A stretch of DNA of 43,646 nucleotides. Source: Octopus bimaculoides. Lineage: Eukaryota. Below are positions 1 to 12,360 of the stretch, one piece after another (the first letter of the stretch is position 1; the number at the start of each line of letters is the position of its first letter). A program made the translations under genes and the position numbers. Location of the stretch: NCBI RefSeq assembly GCF_001194135.2, contig NC_068982.1:188633654-188677299 (forward strand), given 5' to 3'. Below the pieces are notes generated by a model. That model was given only the letters and a program-made list of their open reading frames with translations, had not been told where the DNA came from and made no database searches.

Positions 1-744
1 ATAGTCGAGGGGTTACCGTACGTATATTTCATATACAAAGATTCTCAAACAACTGTAAACATGAAATCAACATCTATTTTCTCTCACCTCGCTTCTCTTG
101 GGGTTCCAAAGTGTCCTGGTGGTGTTTTGGAAATGGCTGTCCCAGGGGAAAGGGATGGTTTTTTTGCTTTCACAGAACGGAAATCACAATTTTGGGAAAA
201 TAAGAAATTTTTTTCCCAGAGATTTTAGTCTACCCCCCCCCCCATCACAACCAGGGTTTCGTACTCTTTCTCTACTCTCCATTGTTATTCTTTACGTTCA
301 GAGTTCAAATCCTATCCGGGTCGACTTGACCTTTTACACCACTTTGATCAATAATCCACCTCGTTTTCGGTTTTATTGTACCAAGTTACTAATCGCTAAT
401 TGTATCGAATTAATTAGCTTTTCTCAGCAGACCTATGATCAAAGACAGTCCAACCGTGACCATTTTGTCTCTTCAGTTTTATACATAGTGTCTAAGACTA
501 GCATTATCTAATCTGTTGGGTACCTATATGAGGGAGGTCAGCTTGTTATATCTAACAGCTAAAGTAACCCACCCCCACCAGGCTTCTTTTCCGTCAATTT
601 GTCATTATTGCTACTTTGTTTTTAAGATTCATTAATTTTCTACTGACTCGAATTTAACTGAGTTTTAATATGGATACCTTGTTAAATTTTATTTTGACCC
701 TGTCATCACTTCCCCACTTTCCTTCTGGGAGAAAGAAAAAGATA

Positions 745-1025
745 CTGTTATATATATAAACATATATGTAAACATATATGTACACTTTATATATATATTT
801 ATATATATATATATAAACATATGTACATTTTTATATATATTTATATATATATATATATAAACATATGTACATTTTTATAGACATTTATATATATATATAT
901 AAACATACGTACATTTTGTATACATTATATATATATATATATATATACATACATTATATATATAAACATACAAAGCATACACACACATATATATATATAT
1001 ATAAAAACATATGCACATATTATGC
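745..1025. repeat. Compound (TA)n/(CA)n low-complexity tract
   Basis: Direct inspection. Confidence 0.9.
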
Positions 1026-1206
1026 GTGTGTGTTTGTTATATAATATTACTCAGCAGTAGTTACATAATGACTCAAGGCTGGAAGAGTTTCATGTCTACC
1101 ACTTAGGAAAGTTATCAAGTTTTAGAAGTACCTTAAGTGGGACTCGGCTCTCGAGTCACTTGGCGACTACTGCCTATTTAGTATATATATATATATATAT
1201 ATATAT

Positions 1207-1961
1207 NNNNNNNNNNNNNNNNNNNNNNNNNNNNNNNNNNNNNNNNNNNNNNNNNNNNNNNNNNNNNNNNNNNNNNNNNNNNNNNNNNNNNNNNNNNNNN
1301 NNNNNNNNNNNNNNNNNNNNNNNNNNNNNNNNNNNNNNNNNNNNNNNNNNNNNNNNNNNNNNNNNNNNNNNNNNNNNNNNNNNNNNNNNNNNNNNNNNNN
1401 NNNNNNNNNNNNNNNNNNNNNNNNNNNNNNNNNNNNNNNNNNNNNNNNNNNNNNNNNNNNNNNNNNNNNNNNNNNNNNNNNNNNNNNNNNNNNNNNNNNN
1501 NNNNNNNNNNNNNNNNNNNNNNNNNNNNNNNNNNNNNNNNNNNNNNNNNNNNNNNNNNNNNNNNNNNNNNNNNNNNNNNNNNNNNNNNNNNNNNNNNNNN
1601 NNNNNNNNNNNNNNNNNNNNNNNNNNNNNNNNNNNNNNNNNNNNNNNNNNNNNNNNNNNNNNNNNNNNNNNNNNNNNNNNNNNNNNNNNNNNNNNNNNNN
1701 NNNNNNNNNNNNNNNNNNNNNNNNNNNNNNNNNNNNNNNNNNNNNNNNNNNNNNNNNNNNNNNNNNNNNNNNNNNNNNNNNNNNNNNNNNNNNNNNNNNN
1801 NNNNNNNNNNNNNNNNNNNNNNNNNNNNNNNNNNNNNNNNNNNNNNNNNNNNNNNNNNNNNNNNNNNNNNNNNNNNNNNNNNNNNNNNNNNNNNNNNNNN
1901 NNNNNNNNNNNNNNNNNNNNNNNNNNNNNNNNNNNNNNNNNNNNNNNNNNNNNNNNNNNNN
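1207..1961. other. Assembly gap
   Basis: N run. Confidence 1.
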
Positions 1962-2844
1962 ATATATATATATATAGGCATAATTACAGATGTGTACCCC
2001 ACCGCCGACTTTATTCGTTATGCTTTTATACCGAGTATCAAAAGTTCCCTTTTTCTTTCTTTTGTTTTACTCTACATACTTGTGTCAAAGCTCTAGATAA
2101 TTCATAATTTTATAATTGTTAAATACATTTTGTTAAAAACTATCTTGCTCTAATTGTGGTGTAACCCTGTGGTGTAACCCTGTGGTGTATACATGCTTGT
2201 GTGTATGTACCATTTTACCCTGTCTGTGTATTTGATGAGCGGAAATGGAGTCAGAATTTCAGTAAGGAAAATGTCCCACTTCCCCTTACATAACCAGAAA
2301 TAATAGCGATAAAACAATGTATGAAATGGTTGTTTTATGAAGTGACAATGCGTGTCTCGTACACAATGACAATACACTTTATATATAATATTAGATGACA
2401 TTACTCGATGCGTTGGGGGAATATAAATCACGTGTTTATTTTAAAATCTGAAATAAAACAATGAAGTAAAAAGAAAAAAAGAAAGCAAAAGTCATTAACG
2501 CAGGTTTTTAAATAGCACCGCAACATGTGTAAATGTATCTCACAAACACGCATATACAGGGAGATGGACACACATGTACACAAGCATCAGTTAGTGATTG
2601 TGTGCCATGTTGATATGGGCTGGATGATTTGATAGGATCCGATATGTCAGAGGATTATAACGAACCCCAAGTGCCTGTTTTAAACGCGGCCGATAATAAA
2701 ATCACAGGGAAAAAGTCATAATTTTTGATAGGGAAAAAAAAAAATAGTCACAATTAATTTATGGTGGCTGGTAATAAAGTCACAGAAAAAAAATCACAAT
2801 TTTGATTAGGAAAGAAAGTCAGGTAATCAAAAAAAAATATTCAA

Positions 2845-2921
2845 GAGTAAAGATTGTTTGCCAACATAACATGGCAGTCCTGGCTTAGGACGAATGTTGC
2901 TGTAATTTAGCCGCAGGAGAC
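2845..2921. mobile_element. Solo truncated arm of the 38893-39250 foldback family
   Basis: gagtaaagattgtttgccaacataacatggcagtcctggcttaggacgaatgttgctgtaatttagccgcaggagac matches the outer ~77 bp of the arms. Confidence 0.8.
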
Positions 2922-2924
2922 CCA

Positions 2925-3100
2925 AAACCCTGGTGATGGTGCCATGTAAAAAGTATTCTGTACACTCTGTATAGTGGTTGGCATTCATGACAAAACAATG
3001 GGGCCTGGTGCTGCCCCTGGTCTTACCAACTCCTGTCAAACCATCCAACCCATGCCAGCATGCAAAACAGATGTTTGATGATGATGATTACGATGATGTT
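2925..3100 (+). repeat. RTE 3' UTR fragment
   Basis: ccatccaacccatgccagcatg...(GAT)n. Confidence 0.75.
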
Positions 3101-3289
3101 CCTATCAAGCTAGAACCACCAGCAAAAATTAAATAGCTTCGAGTATAGATTGAAACCAGATGCTGAGGACTCTCGTCATCACTGTTTAATGTCCAGTCTG
3201 CCATGTTTGCAAAGCTTGAACAGATTTGATTGAGCACAGACATGTTTTTCACAGAAGACTGGAAACAAATGGCATTACACTTGTCTACA

Positions 3290-3665
3290 GCCACCGTGCG
3301 ATCTCAAGACATCCAATCCATGCACAATGCCTTGGTCAGCTTGAGGCTATAATTGAAGGCACTAGTGCCATGTAGTGGAACTGAACTCGGGACAACATGG
3401 TTGGGAAGCAAGCTTCATAACCACATTAGCCCACCTGTGCTGATTTCATACATACATATATGTGTGTGTGTGTGTGTGTATATATATGTTTGTGTGTGTA
3501 TGTATATATTTATACATACACACACACACACACCTGCCATGCCCTCTCACAAGGCTTTTATTGGCTCCGAGCTATAGTGGAAGATTCTTACCTTGCAAGG
3601 TGCCGTGTAGTGCGACTGAACTTGAGACCACATGGTTAGGAAGCAAGCTCCTTAACCACACATTC
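3290..3665 (-). mobile_element. Two adjacent family B SINE heads
   Basis: gccatgtagtggaactgaac and gccgtgtagtgcgactgaac segments. Confidence 0.65.
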
Positions 3666-4849
3666 ACATCTGCACCTAATTCTATTCTAATTATAGTTTA
3701 TTAATTCCTTCATGTGAACTTCAGAAAACTGAAATAATTTCAGTTCATTTTTGTTTTTAACGAAACATGTATTAGCACAAAAGAGGGAAAATGTGAAAAC
3801 TTCAAAAACTTCAGATATCTTCAGGCAGTGCCCCAGCTTGGCTGCCATCCAATGACTGAGATAAGTAAAATGTAAAAATAATTAGTTTTAGTTTTCCCAT
3901 TGATTCTATTCTTTGATTTATCTTGAACTAAATGCACAGGTTTGTCTGAACCATAGACATGACCTGTGAGAAACTACCATGACATGAGAGAATAAGTCTG
4001 GTTATTATCCTGAGAAAACTCTGTTACATCTATTGAGCCATGTGTCATTGTACAGGGTGGTGAGAACCTTATAAATACAATCAAATTTACTGTATCGCAT
4101 ATGCAAACAAATGCAGAGCTTATACCAGGGCTTTTTAATATTCAAGCTAACTCCAAAACCTGGATTTTTTTTAGGGAGCTGCACCAAAAACAAAGTAAAA
4201 CGCAAGTCAGTCTTTTTAAAATTTATATTTACAGAGGGAAGACCATCAAGGGCCACCATAACGATGTTTGAGGGCCCCATGCACTCCTGGGACCTGAAAT
4301 ATGTCATCAGCACACCACGACTACAAATGATAGTAGTTCACATAAGTGCAAGAATGGATATTTATTTAGGAGATGCAAACCCAGGTCCAACCCAGGATGT
4401 TCGAAGCAATTTCATTACCCCTGCTCCCAGAAGTATTAGTGGGTGCAAGCACAACCCCTTCTCCCCCTGTTCACAAGCCTATGGTAGTTTGGTGACTGAA
4501 TTGGTTGATCCTGGCCATTGACATTTTGCTGAGTGTTTGTTCATCCTCACAGCATCTAGTGATACCTGCTATTGACCCAACAAGCTTATCTGCCGAAATA
4601 GTTCACATCCACCTTGCTGCAGCCGATGACTTCAGCATCCACTGGCTCAGCTGATTGCCAGGTGTTGGGTTTTGGTATTTATGCTAACAGCCAAGTCCTG
4701 TTTTGTCTTTATCACTTGTCATTTAGGAAGAGTTTAAAAATGTATTTTCTCTTGCTGACTTTGTGAATAGCACACTACACTGTGGGGCTGTCATAGACGG
4801 TATTTCTTTGGCTCTTCAATTTCCATCAATCCATCTTCTCTACCCCCTT

Positions 4850-5010
4850 TTCTTAGGGTGGTCATGGGGGTAGAGTCTTCAGGTATCTCCTCCCTAGGGT
4901 CCTGTCAGAAGTGGCCTCCATTAGACTCTCTGGTTAAGATTCCTAAGCATGATCAATTGAGACAATGGATATTATCCAACCACCTCATTCTTTGTCTAAC
5001 TCTAACCCTA
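4850..5010 (-). mobile_element. Old RTE-like RT C-terminal relic
   Basis: Minus strand RVRQRMRWLDNI resembles the RTE GRQRMRWLD motif. Confidence 0.4.
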
Positions 5011-5687
5011 GGTCTCCTGCCAGTTGGTTTGACACTTTTAAATTTAAAAAAAGAAGGAAAACTTATCCCTTGTTGAATTTGGGGGGAAAATTGTTGTGCC
5101 CTTCATCTTTGAAAGGTCTTCCAGATCAGTCGGCTTGATGATGTTGATATTCCATTTAACCTGCTGTTGGTAAACATCCTCAAGGGAAACAGGAGCAAGG
5201 AGATTCCAGTCGTATGATGGTTTGGGGGAGAAATGGCTGGTTAGTGGAGGGACTTGGGTGGGTGTGAATGCAACGAGGGTGGTGATATAAGTGGGTTGAG
5301 GCTGGCTGAGTAGTGGTGGTAAGAGAACTAGCCAGTTCTGAGGAACTGAGGCCATTATAGTAGTGGTAGAAAAGACGGAGAGACAAGACATCCCAGACAG
5401 CCTCCAGCTGTAGGCCAGTGGGTGGAGTGTATCTTTTAGTGATAGATACACCTGGTATTGAATGCATCCTGCTACAGTCCAATATTCCTTCCTTTTCTTT
5501 TACTTGAATCTTATATGCCCATTAACAAGCAACAAACAGCATTTTTCTGTAACTTTGCCCACAGGAAAAGTCCACCTCAAGCAAAATATCTGGTTGAAAT
5601 CAAAACTAGTGATTATTTTTTAAATTTTAAATTTTTTTTTAATATATTTTGAAAAGAAAAAACAGTGCCCAAGAAATATAAACTGCA

Positions 5688-5870
5688 GCATAGTTGTGGC
5701 TGTGTGGTTAAGAAGCTTGCTTCCCAACCATGAAGTCTTGGGTTCGGTTCTACTGCATGGCACCTTTAACAGGTGTTTCTTATTGTAGCACCAGGCCAAC
5801 TTATGCTTTGGGAGTGGATTTGGTAAATGGAAACTGAAAGTTTGTCATGTGTTTGTGTGTGCGTATGTAT
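5688..5870 (+). mobile_element. Family B SINE 5' half
   Basis: gtggctgtgtggttaagaagcttgcttcccaacc head. Confidence 0.75.
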
Positions 5871-5879
5871 ATATATATC

Positions 5880-6230
5880 ACCACATCACACCACATACTA
5901 GCACTGACCACTTCCCATCACCCACACCATCATCCACAGGCTCATGTCAAGGTCACCAGCCTCTATCCATACGCACGCGCACCTGCGTTTTGGGATTACC
6001 ACTACTTTATTATCTCCCCTTCTTCCTAGCTCTCCTGTCTGACCACCTCTGTCCAGCATTCACCATGATTGACTGCTAGCCACTAAACCTTTTTTATTTT
6101 CTCTCCCTGTTTATTTCTGTGTTCCTTTCTGTTGAAGTGCGTAGGCTCGAAATGTAAAAGACTTTCTTGCTTCCCGTTTAAACACCCGTTTTTGTCTTTT
6201 GTTTTGTTCTTTTGTAAATTCTAACTCTAG
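5880..6230 (+). mobile_element. Possible Penelope-like terminal remnant
   Basis: C/T-rich tract ending in the 6125 hammerhead-like motif. Confidence 0.3.
6125..6160 (+). ncRNA. Degenerate minimal hammerhead-like motif
   Basis: CUUU-CUGUUGA-A-GUGC(guag)GCUC-GAAA-U-GUA-AAAG. Stem I CUUU/AAAG; one mismatch in stem II. Confidence 0.4.
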
Positions 6231-6395
6231 TCTGATTTGGTATGGTTTCTACAACTGGATGCCCTTCTTAATGCCAACCACTCCAAGAGTGTAATGGGTG
6301 CTTTTACATGCCACCAGCTTGGGTGCCTTTTGTGTGACACCAGTATCTGCCACGACTGCAATTTTACTTGGCCTGATGGGTCTTCTTCCCAAGCA
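6230..6395 (-). repeat. RTE 3' UTR fragment
   Basis: ctggatgcccttcttaatgccaaccactc core. Confidence 0.75.
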
Positions 6396-6398
6396 TGA

Positions 6399-6441
<43 letters not shown>

Positions 6442-6517
6442 AATAAAAATATATAAAACATTTCTTGTATGATACTGGTGCTTGTTTACAATAATTGCAT
6501 GATGTCAACACAAGGGT

Positions 6518-6554
<37 letters not shown>

Positions 6555-7145
6555 TGTATAACTTTCCCTTGACATCATGTGATGGCTGTAAACAAGCATC
6601 ACCATCATACAAGCAATGTTGTTCATCCCAGACTTCTGTGAAAACCATGTCTAGCTATGGAGAACTATTACCTGGCTTGGAAGCAGTTGAGGTTTGGTGA
6701 TAGGAAGAGCATCCAGCCATAGAAAGCTTTTCTCAATTCCGTCCAATCCATGCAAGCATAGAAAACTGGATGCTAAACAATGTTGATGATGATTACCACA
6801 CTTGTCATGTTTGCTGACATGCTTGTCAGAATAGAACTTCAAATAACATCTAATATTTTAACTAATAAAGAAATGTGCCTGAAAAACAGAAAATTCGCAT
6901 GCATGCGTGTGTGTGTTTCCAAATTTGACCTCTGCTTTATCTCTTTCATTCCATTAAATGCATATTGATGGAATTTGTTAGCAACTAACCTAATTCCTAT
7001 ACTTTATACTAACTACAGCACATCGTTAGTATTAACGAGATACTAACATGGCTTTTGCTATCAGTCTCCTACTTATTGTTGATAAACTCAATGAGAAGAT
7101 AAATTTAGAATTTATAGGCACAAGTGTGGCTGTTTGGTAAGAAGA

Positions 7146-7378
7146 GTGGTAAGCCGGCAGAACCGTTAGCACGTCGGGCGAAATGCTGAGCGGTATTTCG
7201 TCTGCCGTTACGTTCTGAGTTCAAACTCTGCCCAGGTCGACTTTGCCTTTCATCCTTTCGGGGTCGATAAATTAAGTACCAGTTATGCACTGGGGTTGAT
7301 GTAATCGACTTAATCCCTTTGTCTGTCCTTGTTTGTCCCCTCCATGTTCAGCCCCTTGTGGGCAGTAAAGAAATAAGT
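7146..7378 (+). mobile_element. SINE family C
   Basis: ggcagaaccgttagcacg...gagttcaaac...gtcgactttgcctttcatcc; second copy at 22147. Confidence 0.8.
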
Positions 7379-7429
7379 TTGATTCTCAACCACGTGTATG
7401 CATATATTGGTGGGTGTGTGTGTGTATGT

Positions 7430-7960
7430 ATTATCATCATTTAATGTCATCTTCCATGCTGGTATGGGTTGGACTGGTTGACAGGAGCTGATAATCCAGA
7501 AGATTGTGCCAATCTCCTCTGTCTGCTTCAGCATGGTTTTTACGGCTGGATGCCCTTCCTAACACCAACAGGCAAGGTGCTTTTTACGTGGCACCAGCAA
7601 GGTCACCAAGTAACTTGCCAGACCAAGACCTCTCAACTGAGAGAGGGAGTGGTATTAAAGGAAGTGGGTTTTGTACCAGGTGATGAGGGGGTCAAAGTAT
7701 GCCAGAGGCCCAGAAATAGGTGTCCTGTTGTAGAGGAGATACATGGTTACCTTACTTGGAGGTAAAGGACTAAAGAGGTGATAGAGCGAGATAGAGAGAT
7801 GGTGGCAATGTGCCAGGGCATATTCCCAAGATAGGAGACGAATATAAATGGAATGGCAGAGGATTATCCAAAGTGTATGAGTATGGACTTCACAAAGGAG
7901 AAGAGGAGAAGAAGAATGCAGTGTGTGATGAAACACAGGTATATAGGGGACAGTGACAGC
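7430..7960 (-). repeat. RTE-type 3' end with alternative 5' module
   Basis: (CAT)n and core, then reverse complement of the aggtaaccatgtatctcctctac module. Confidence 0.7.
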
Positions 7961-7964
7961 AATC

Positions 7965-8245
7965 AGACACTGTTCGTTGCCAGTGCTGCCTGACTGGCTC
8001 CCAAAGCACCATTTGAGCGTGGTCGATGCCAGTACCGCCTGACTCGCCCTCATGCCAGTGGCATGTATAAAGCACCCACTACACTCTCGGAGTGGTTAGT
8101 GTTAGGAAGGGCATCCAGCTGTAGAAACTGTCAGATCAGATTGGAACCTGGTGTAGTAGCCTTGTGGCTTACCAGCCCTTAGTCAAACCATCCAACCCAT
8201 GCCAGCAGGGAAAGCAAAAAGCGGATGTTAAATGACAATGATAGT
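7965..8245 (+). repeat. RTE 3' UTR fragment
   Basis: Subrepeats, aggaagggcatccagctgtagaaac core and tail. Confidence 0.85.
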
Positions 8246-8984
8246 TGGCAGTAGGTGAACACAAGAGAGACGACAAAACAGTGTTGCACTACAGGAGTGA
8301 GGAGGTAGGGACAAGCGTAGTACAAGAAGAGGAGGTGTGGTTTGGTCCATTGGGGTGGGATGTGTGAATTGGGATTAGACGTCATTGGCTGGTGTCCTTT
8401 ACTTATAGCCCTGGGTCAACCAATCTTTGCCAGTGGGATGGCATGACAGAAGCTGAAGAAGCCTACCATGTATGTGTGTGTCTTTGCATGTTTGTGTCAG
8501 AGTGAGTTCATATTTCCTCTCACCTTCACATGTATTCACTGTCTGTAAACAATACAGAAAGTGTGTTTTGGTTGCAGTCAACCTTGAAGAGCATAGCTTC
8601 ACTTCTTGACACGTTGCACAATCTTTGTAAACAAAAGGCTTCTTCAAATGGTGGTGCTTCCCCCCCCCCCCCGGCTCACTGTATAATTATGTCTGAGCTG
8701 TTTGTTGTTCAGTAGACTACGGGATTATTACTTGACTCAGCAAAAGGCAGGGCATCGTATTGTAGAAAATCTGTCTGAACGATTTCTAATTTCCATGCTT
8801 GCATTGGTCAAATCGATGTTGAAAGTGACGACGATGATGATGATGATGATATATAACTGTTCTTTGATACATTGACAAAGGCTATGTTCCACAGAAGCTC
8901 AAAATAGGGGTGACTCTTGTCACTACCATTTTTTTCTCTCCTTTCCAGCTACTCCTACCCACCTTCATACAATGTGGAATAGCC

Positions 8985-9320
8985 ATATACCTCCTCTACA
9001 GCAAGACACCTGGGCTTGTCCCTCTGTCACATTCTAACCTTCAGTACCTGGCATAAAGCAACTTCTCCTTTTCTCAAAATAAGCTGTCATTCAGTCAAGG
9101 GGTCTTTTTTTTTTTATCCTTTACTTCTCTTTACTTTGTCTTGCAAGTTACTTTGACTGTAAAAGTGGGTGCTGTTAGGAAGGGCATGGAGCTGTAGAGA
9201 CTGTGACATAGCTGGGGTCGGAGCCTGATGCAGCTCTGTGGCTCATCAGACCCTGTCAAACCATCCAACCTATGCCAACAGGGAAGATAAACATTAAATG
9301 ACGATGATGATGATGATGAT
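8985..9320 (+). repeat. RTE-type 3' end with alternative 5' module
   Basis: ctcctctacagcaagacacc module, core and (GAT)n. Confidence 0.7.
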
Positions 9321-9679
9321 AGCTGTGTATCTCACCTGTTTACAAAAGTGACCTAACGTGTGAGTAATTCCAGAGAGTATCGTTATGGGTTTATAGGATT
9401 TTACAAGTTGATTGATGGACAAAATGGCAATTTGTAACCTTTTGTCAGCTCTTAATGGCCTAGTCTACCTAGCTGTAAATGTAGATGTCTCTGAACCCCT
9501 CACTCTTTCAAGTGTAATGCTTATTTATTTACATTGTTTCACGTTAATCATGTGTTACCTCGTTTCAATATTTCATTGATGTGATTGCTTCTTTTGAGAA
9601 TGACATTGACGGGTAGGAAGCAAGGCCAGATCTGGTGGTTTGAACAAAAATAAACCGGCACTCTGACAATGAGAGTACC

Positions 9680-9965
9680 AATTGGTCCCACCAAGAGAGC
9701 AGCGTGCTTATGAAATTAACCTGCGAGTGGTTGAGCACTCTGCAGGGTAGCATACCCCATAACATAGTTCTCAGTGAGATTCAGCATGACACAGAATGTA
9801 ACAAGGTTGGCCCTTTGAAATACAGGTACAACTCATTTTTGGCAGCTGAGTGGACTGGAGGAATGTGAAATAAAGTGTCTTGTCCAAGGAGATAATGGGC
9901 TGGGGGATATAGAACTCACAACTTTACAACCATGAGCTAAATACTCTCCCCACTGCACCACATAA
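9680..9965 (-). mobile_element. SINE sharing the family D 3' body with a different head
   Basis: gattcagcatgacacagaatgtaacaagg...tttgaaatacaggtaca matches 26146-26200. Confidence 0.65.
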
Positions 9966-9973
9966 AGCAGGTA

Positions 9974-10696
9974 NNNNNNNNNNNNNNNNNNNNNNNNNNN
10001 NNNNNNNNNNNNNNNNNNNNNNNNNNNNNNNNNNNNNNNNNNNNNNNNNNNNNNNNNNNNNNNNNNNNNNNNNNNNNNNNNNNNNNNNNNNNNNNNNNNN
10101 NNNNNNNNNNNNNNNNNNNNNNNNNNNNNNNNNNNNNNNNNNNNNNNNNNNNNNNNNNNNNNNNNNNNNNNNNNNNNNNNNNNNNNNNNNNNNNNNNNNN
10201 NNNNNNNNNNNNNNNNNNNNNNNNNNNNNNNNNNNNNNNNNNNNNNNNNNNNNNNNNNNNNNNNNNNNNNNNNNNNNNNNNNNNNNNNNNNNNNNNNNNN
10301 NNNNNNNNNNNNNNNNNNNNNNNNNNNNNNNNNNNNNNNNNNNNNNNNNNNNNNNNNNNNNNNNNNNNNNNNNNNNNNNNNNNNNNNNNNNNNNNNNNNN
10401 NNNNNNNNNNNNNNNNNNNNNNNNNNNNNNNNNNNNNNNNNNNNNNNNNNNNNNNNNNNNNNNNNNNNNNNNNNNNNNNNNNNNNNNNNNNNNNNNNNNN
10501 NNNNNNNNNNNNNNNNNNNNNNNNNNNNNNNNNNNNNNNNNNNNNNNNNNNNNNNNNNNNNNNNNNNNNNNNNNNNNNNNNNNNNNNNNNNNNNNNNNNN
10601 NNNNNNNNNNNNNNNNNNNNNNNNNNNNNNNNNNNNNNNNNNNNNNNNNNNNNNNNNNNNNNNNNNNNNNNNNNNNNNNNNNNNNNNNNNNNNNNN
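9974..10696. other. Assembly gap
   Basis: N run. Confidence 1.
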
Positions 10697-10697
10697 N

Positions 10698-10752
<55 letters not shown>
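10697..10752. repeat. (CT)n microsatellite abutting a gap
   Basis: Direct inspection. Confidence 0.95.
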
Positions 10753-10756
<4 letters not shown>

Positions 10757-11181
10757 TCATTAGAATCTAAACACATCAGCATATGGGACACCAGGACTGG
10801 CTGGGTACCTTAATATTCAGTTCACAGTGAGGTAAAAACAACAATGAGGTGTTATGTGTTGTTAGTGCTCTGCAGGTATGTTATATATTAATAGTAATAA
10901 TAATTCCTTATGTAACGAGAAGATGGATTTGGTGTTAATCTTTTATTTTGTACAACAGTCGTTTCATCCCATCCTGCTATTGTCCCTTATGGGTGGGACT
11001 CCTTTTCACCATATTGTGTTGCATCAATTTTGCAGTCTGGGGCTCATCAGGTACATAAAGGTTTGTGTCTCACTAAAGATCTTGAGTTTAGGCTGTCATG
11101 TTCTATGCCCATCAGGTTAGGACATATATATAAGCGAGGTCAAGTGCTTACATTATGGTTTTATAGGATATTACAAGGCCC

Positions 11182-11805
11182 AGTCTGAGCCTCACCAAGG
11201 CAGTGACAAGTGACCGAGACCTTTGGAGATATGCTGTGCTTGAGAAGACCCAGCAAGTCAAGTGAGAACATAACTGTGGCCTATACCAGTGCTGTATAAC
11301 CAGCCCATTTAAGAGTACTCTTCAAACATTGGACAATAAACTATGCTTGCAAAGACCTGTTGAGGCAAGTGAAATTGCTGTCGTAGCCGATGACAGTACC
11401 GCCTGATTGGCACCTGTGCCAGTGGAGCGTTAAAAGCACCATCTGAGCATGATCGTTGCCAAGGCCGCTCACTGGCTCCCCATGCCGGTGGCAGGTAAAA
11501 ATAGCACCATTCAAGCGAGGTCGTTGCCAGTATCACCTGACTGGCTCCTGTGCAGGTGGCATGTAAAAAGCACCATTTGAGCGTGGCTGATGCCAGTACT
11601 GCCTGACTGGCCCACGTGCTGGTGGTACGTAAAAGCACCCACTCCACTCTCAGAGTGGTTGGCATTAGGAAGGGCAACCAGCTGTATAAATTGTCCCAGA
11701 TAAGATTGGAGACTGGTGCAGGTTTCTGGCTCGCCAGCCCTCGGTCAAACCATCCAACCCATGCCAGCATGGAAAGCAGACATTAAACGATGATGATGAT
11801 GATGA
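11182..11805 (+). mobile_element. RTE LINE 3' end with four UTR subrepeats
   Basis: SDRDLWRYAVLEKTQQVK* then UTR and (GAT)n. Confidence 0.85.
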
Positions 11806-12030
11806 TAATTATCATCATCATCATTTAATATCTGTTTTCCATACTGGCATAGGTTGAATGGTTTGACAGAAGTTGACCAGCTGAAGGGCTGTATATAAAT
11901 ATATATATACTCTCTGGAAAATGATGAGCTGTGAACTTTATTCTCCTGTCTGTATTCTCTCTACTTTTACTCTTTATTCTTCTATTTTATTCCTTATAAA
12001 CTATCTAGAACTTCCATACATACTCACCTT

Positions 12031-12100
12031 GCCTCTGATGACAATATCCAATGTAAGGACATGCTAGCCTATCACTTGGGATATCCCAGAAACAGCTGCT
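12031..12100 (+). ncRNA. Decayed hammerhead-like motif of the 27153/28340 type
   Basis: CUGAUGA at 12035, AUAUCC...GGAUAU stem, then CCCA-GAAAC-AGCU-GCU. The GUA triplet is lost. Confidence 0.4.
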
Positions 12101-12312
12101 TACCCTAATTAATCTAAATGATTTGAAATAGTAATCTGACTTGGTTTCTGTTGCCATTTTCCCCCTAATATAATATATATACCTGCTAACACGGAGGCTT
12201 AATACAGATTCATAGCTCCAGTCTCAGCTGTGAACTTGGAATCTAACCAATTATAGCTCTTGTTCAGCGTACCTATTTGTTTAGATCACCATCGAACTAA
12301 ACCACCCATATC

Positions 12313-12360
<48 letters not shown>

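Noticed and set aside
98-511. 137-aa ORF at window start
   Set aside because: No homology; includes SINE-like and homopolymer sequence.
1160-2107. Long ORFs spanning N gaps (also 9833-10791, 26149-26997, 34782-35414)
   Set aside because: They are runs of X plus microsatellite translations.
2156-2190. 13-bp tandem duplication ggtgtaaccctgt
   Set aside because: Simple slippage with no further structure.
2827-3048. GLTGVGKT as a possible P-loop or Rab21 exon 1
   Set aside because: It is on the minus strand, inside the RTE UTR repeat, and lacks other GTPase context.
5044-5482. 135-aa and 100-aa minus-strand ORFs
   Set aside because: No recognisable domain; probably an old TE relic that I cannot classify.
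8050-8066. Apparent compensatory change CATGCC/GGCATG in the subrepeat hairpin
   Set aside because: Explained by CpG deamination on both strands.
11030-11060. Minus-strand CTGATGAGCCC
   Set aside because: No closing stem or GAAA at a suitable distance.
11380-11640. CRISPR-like array of ~65-bp repeats
   Set aside because: No unique spacers or cas genes; eukaryotic LINE UTR subrepeats.
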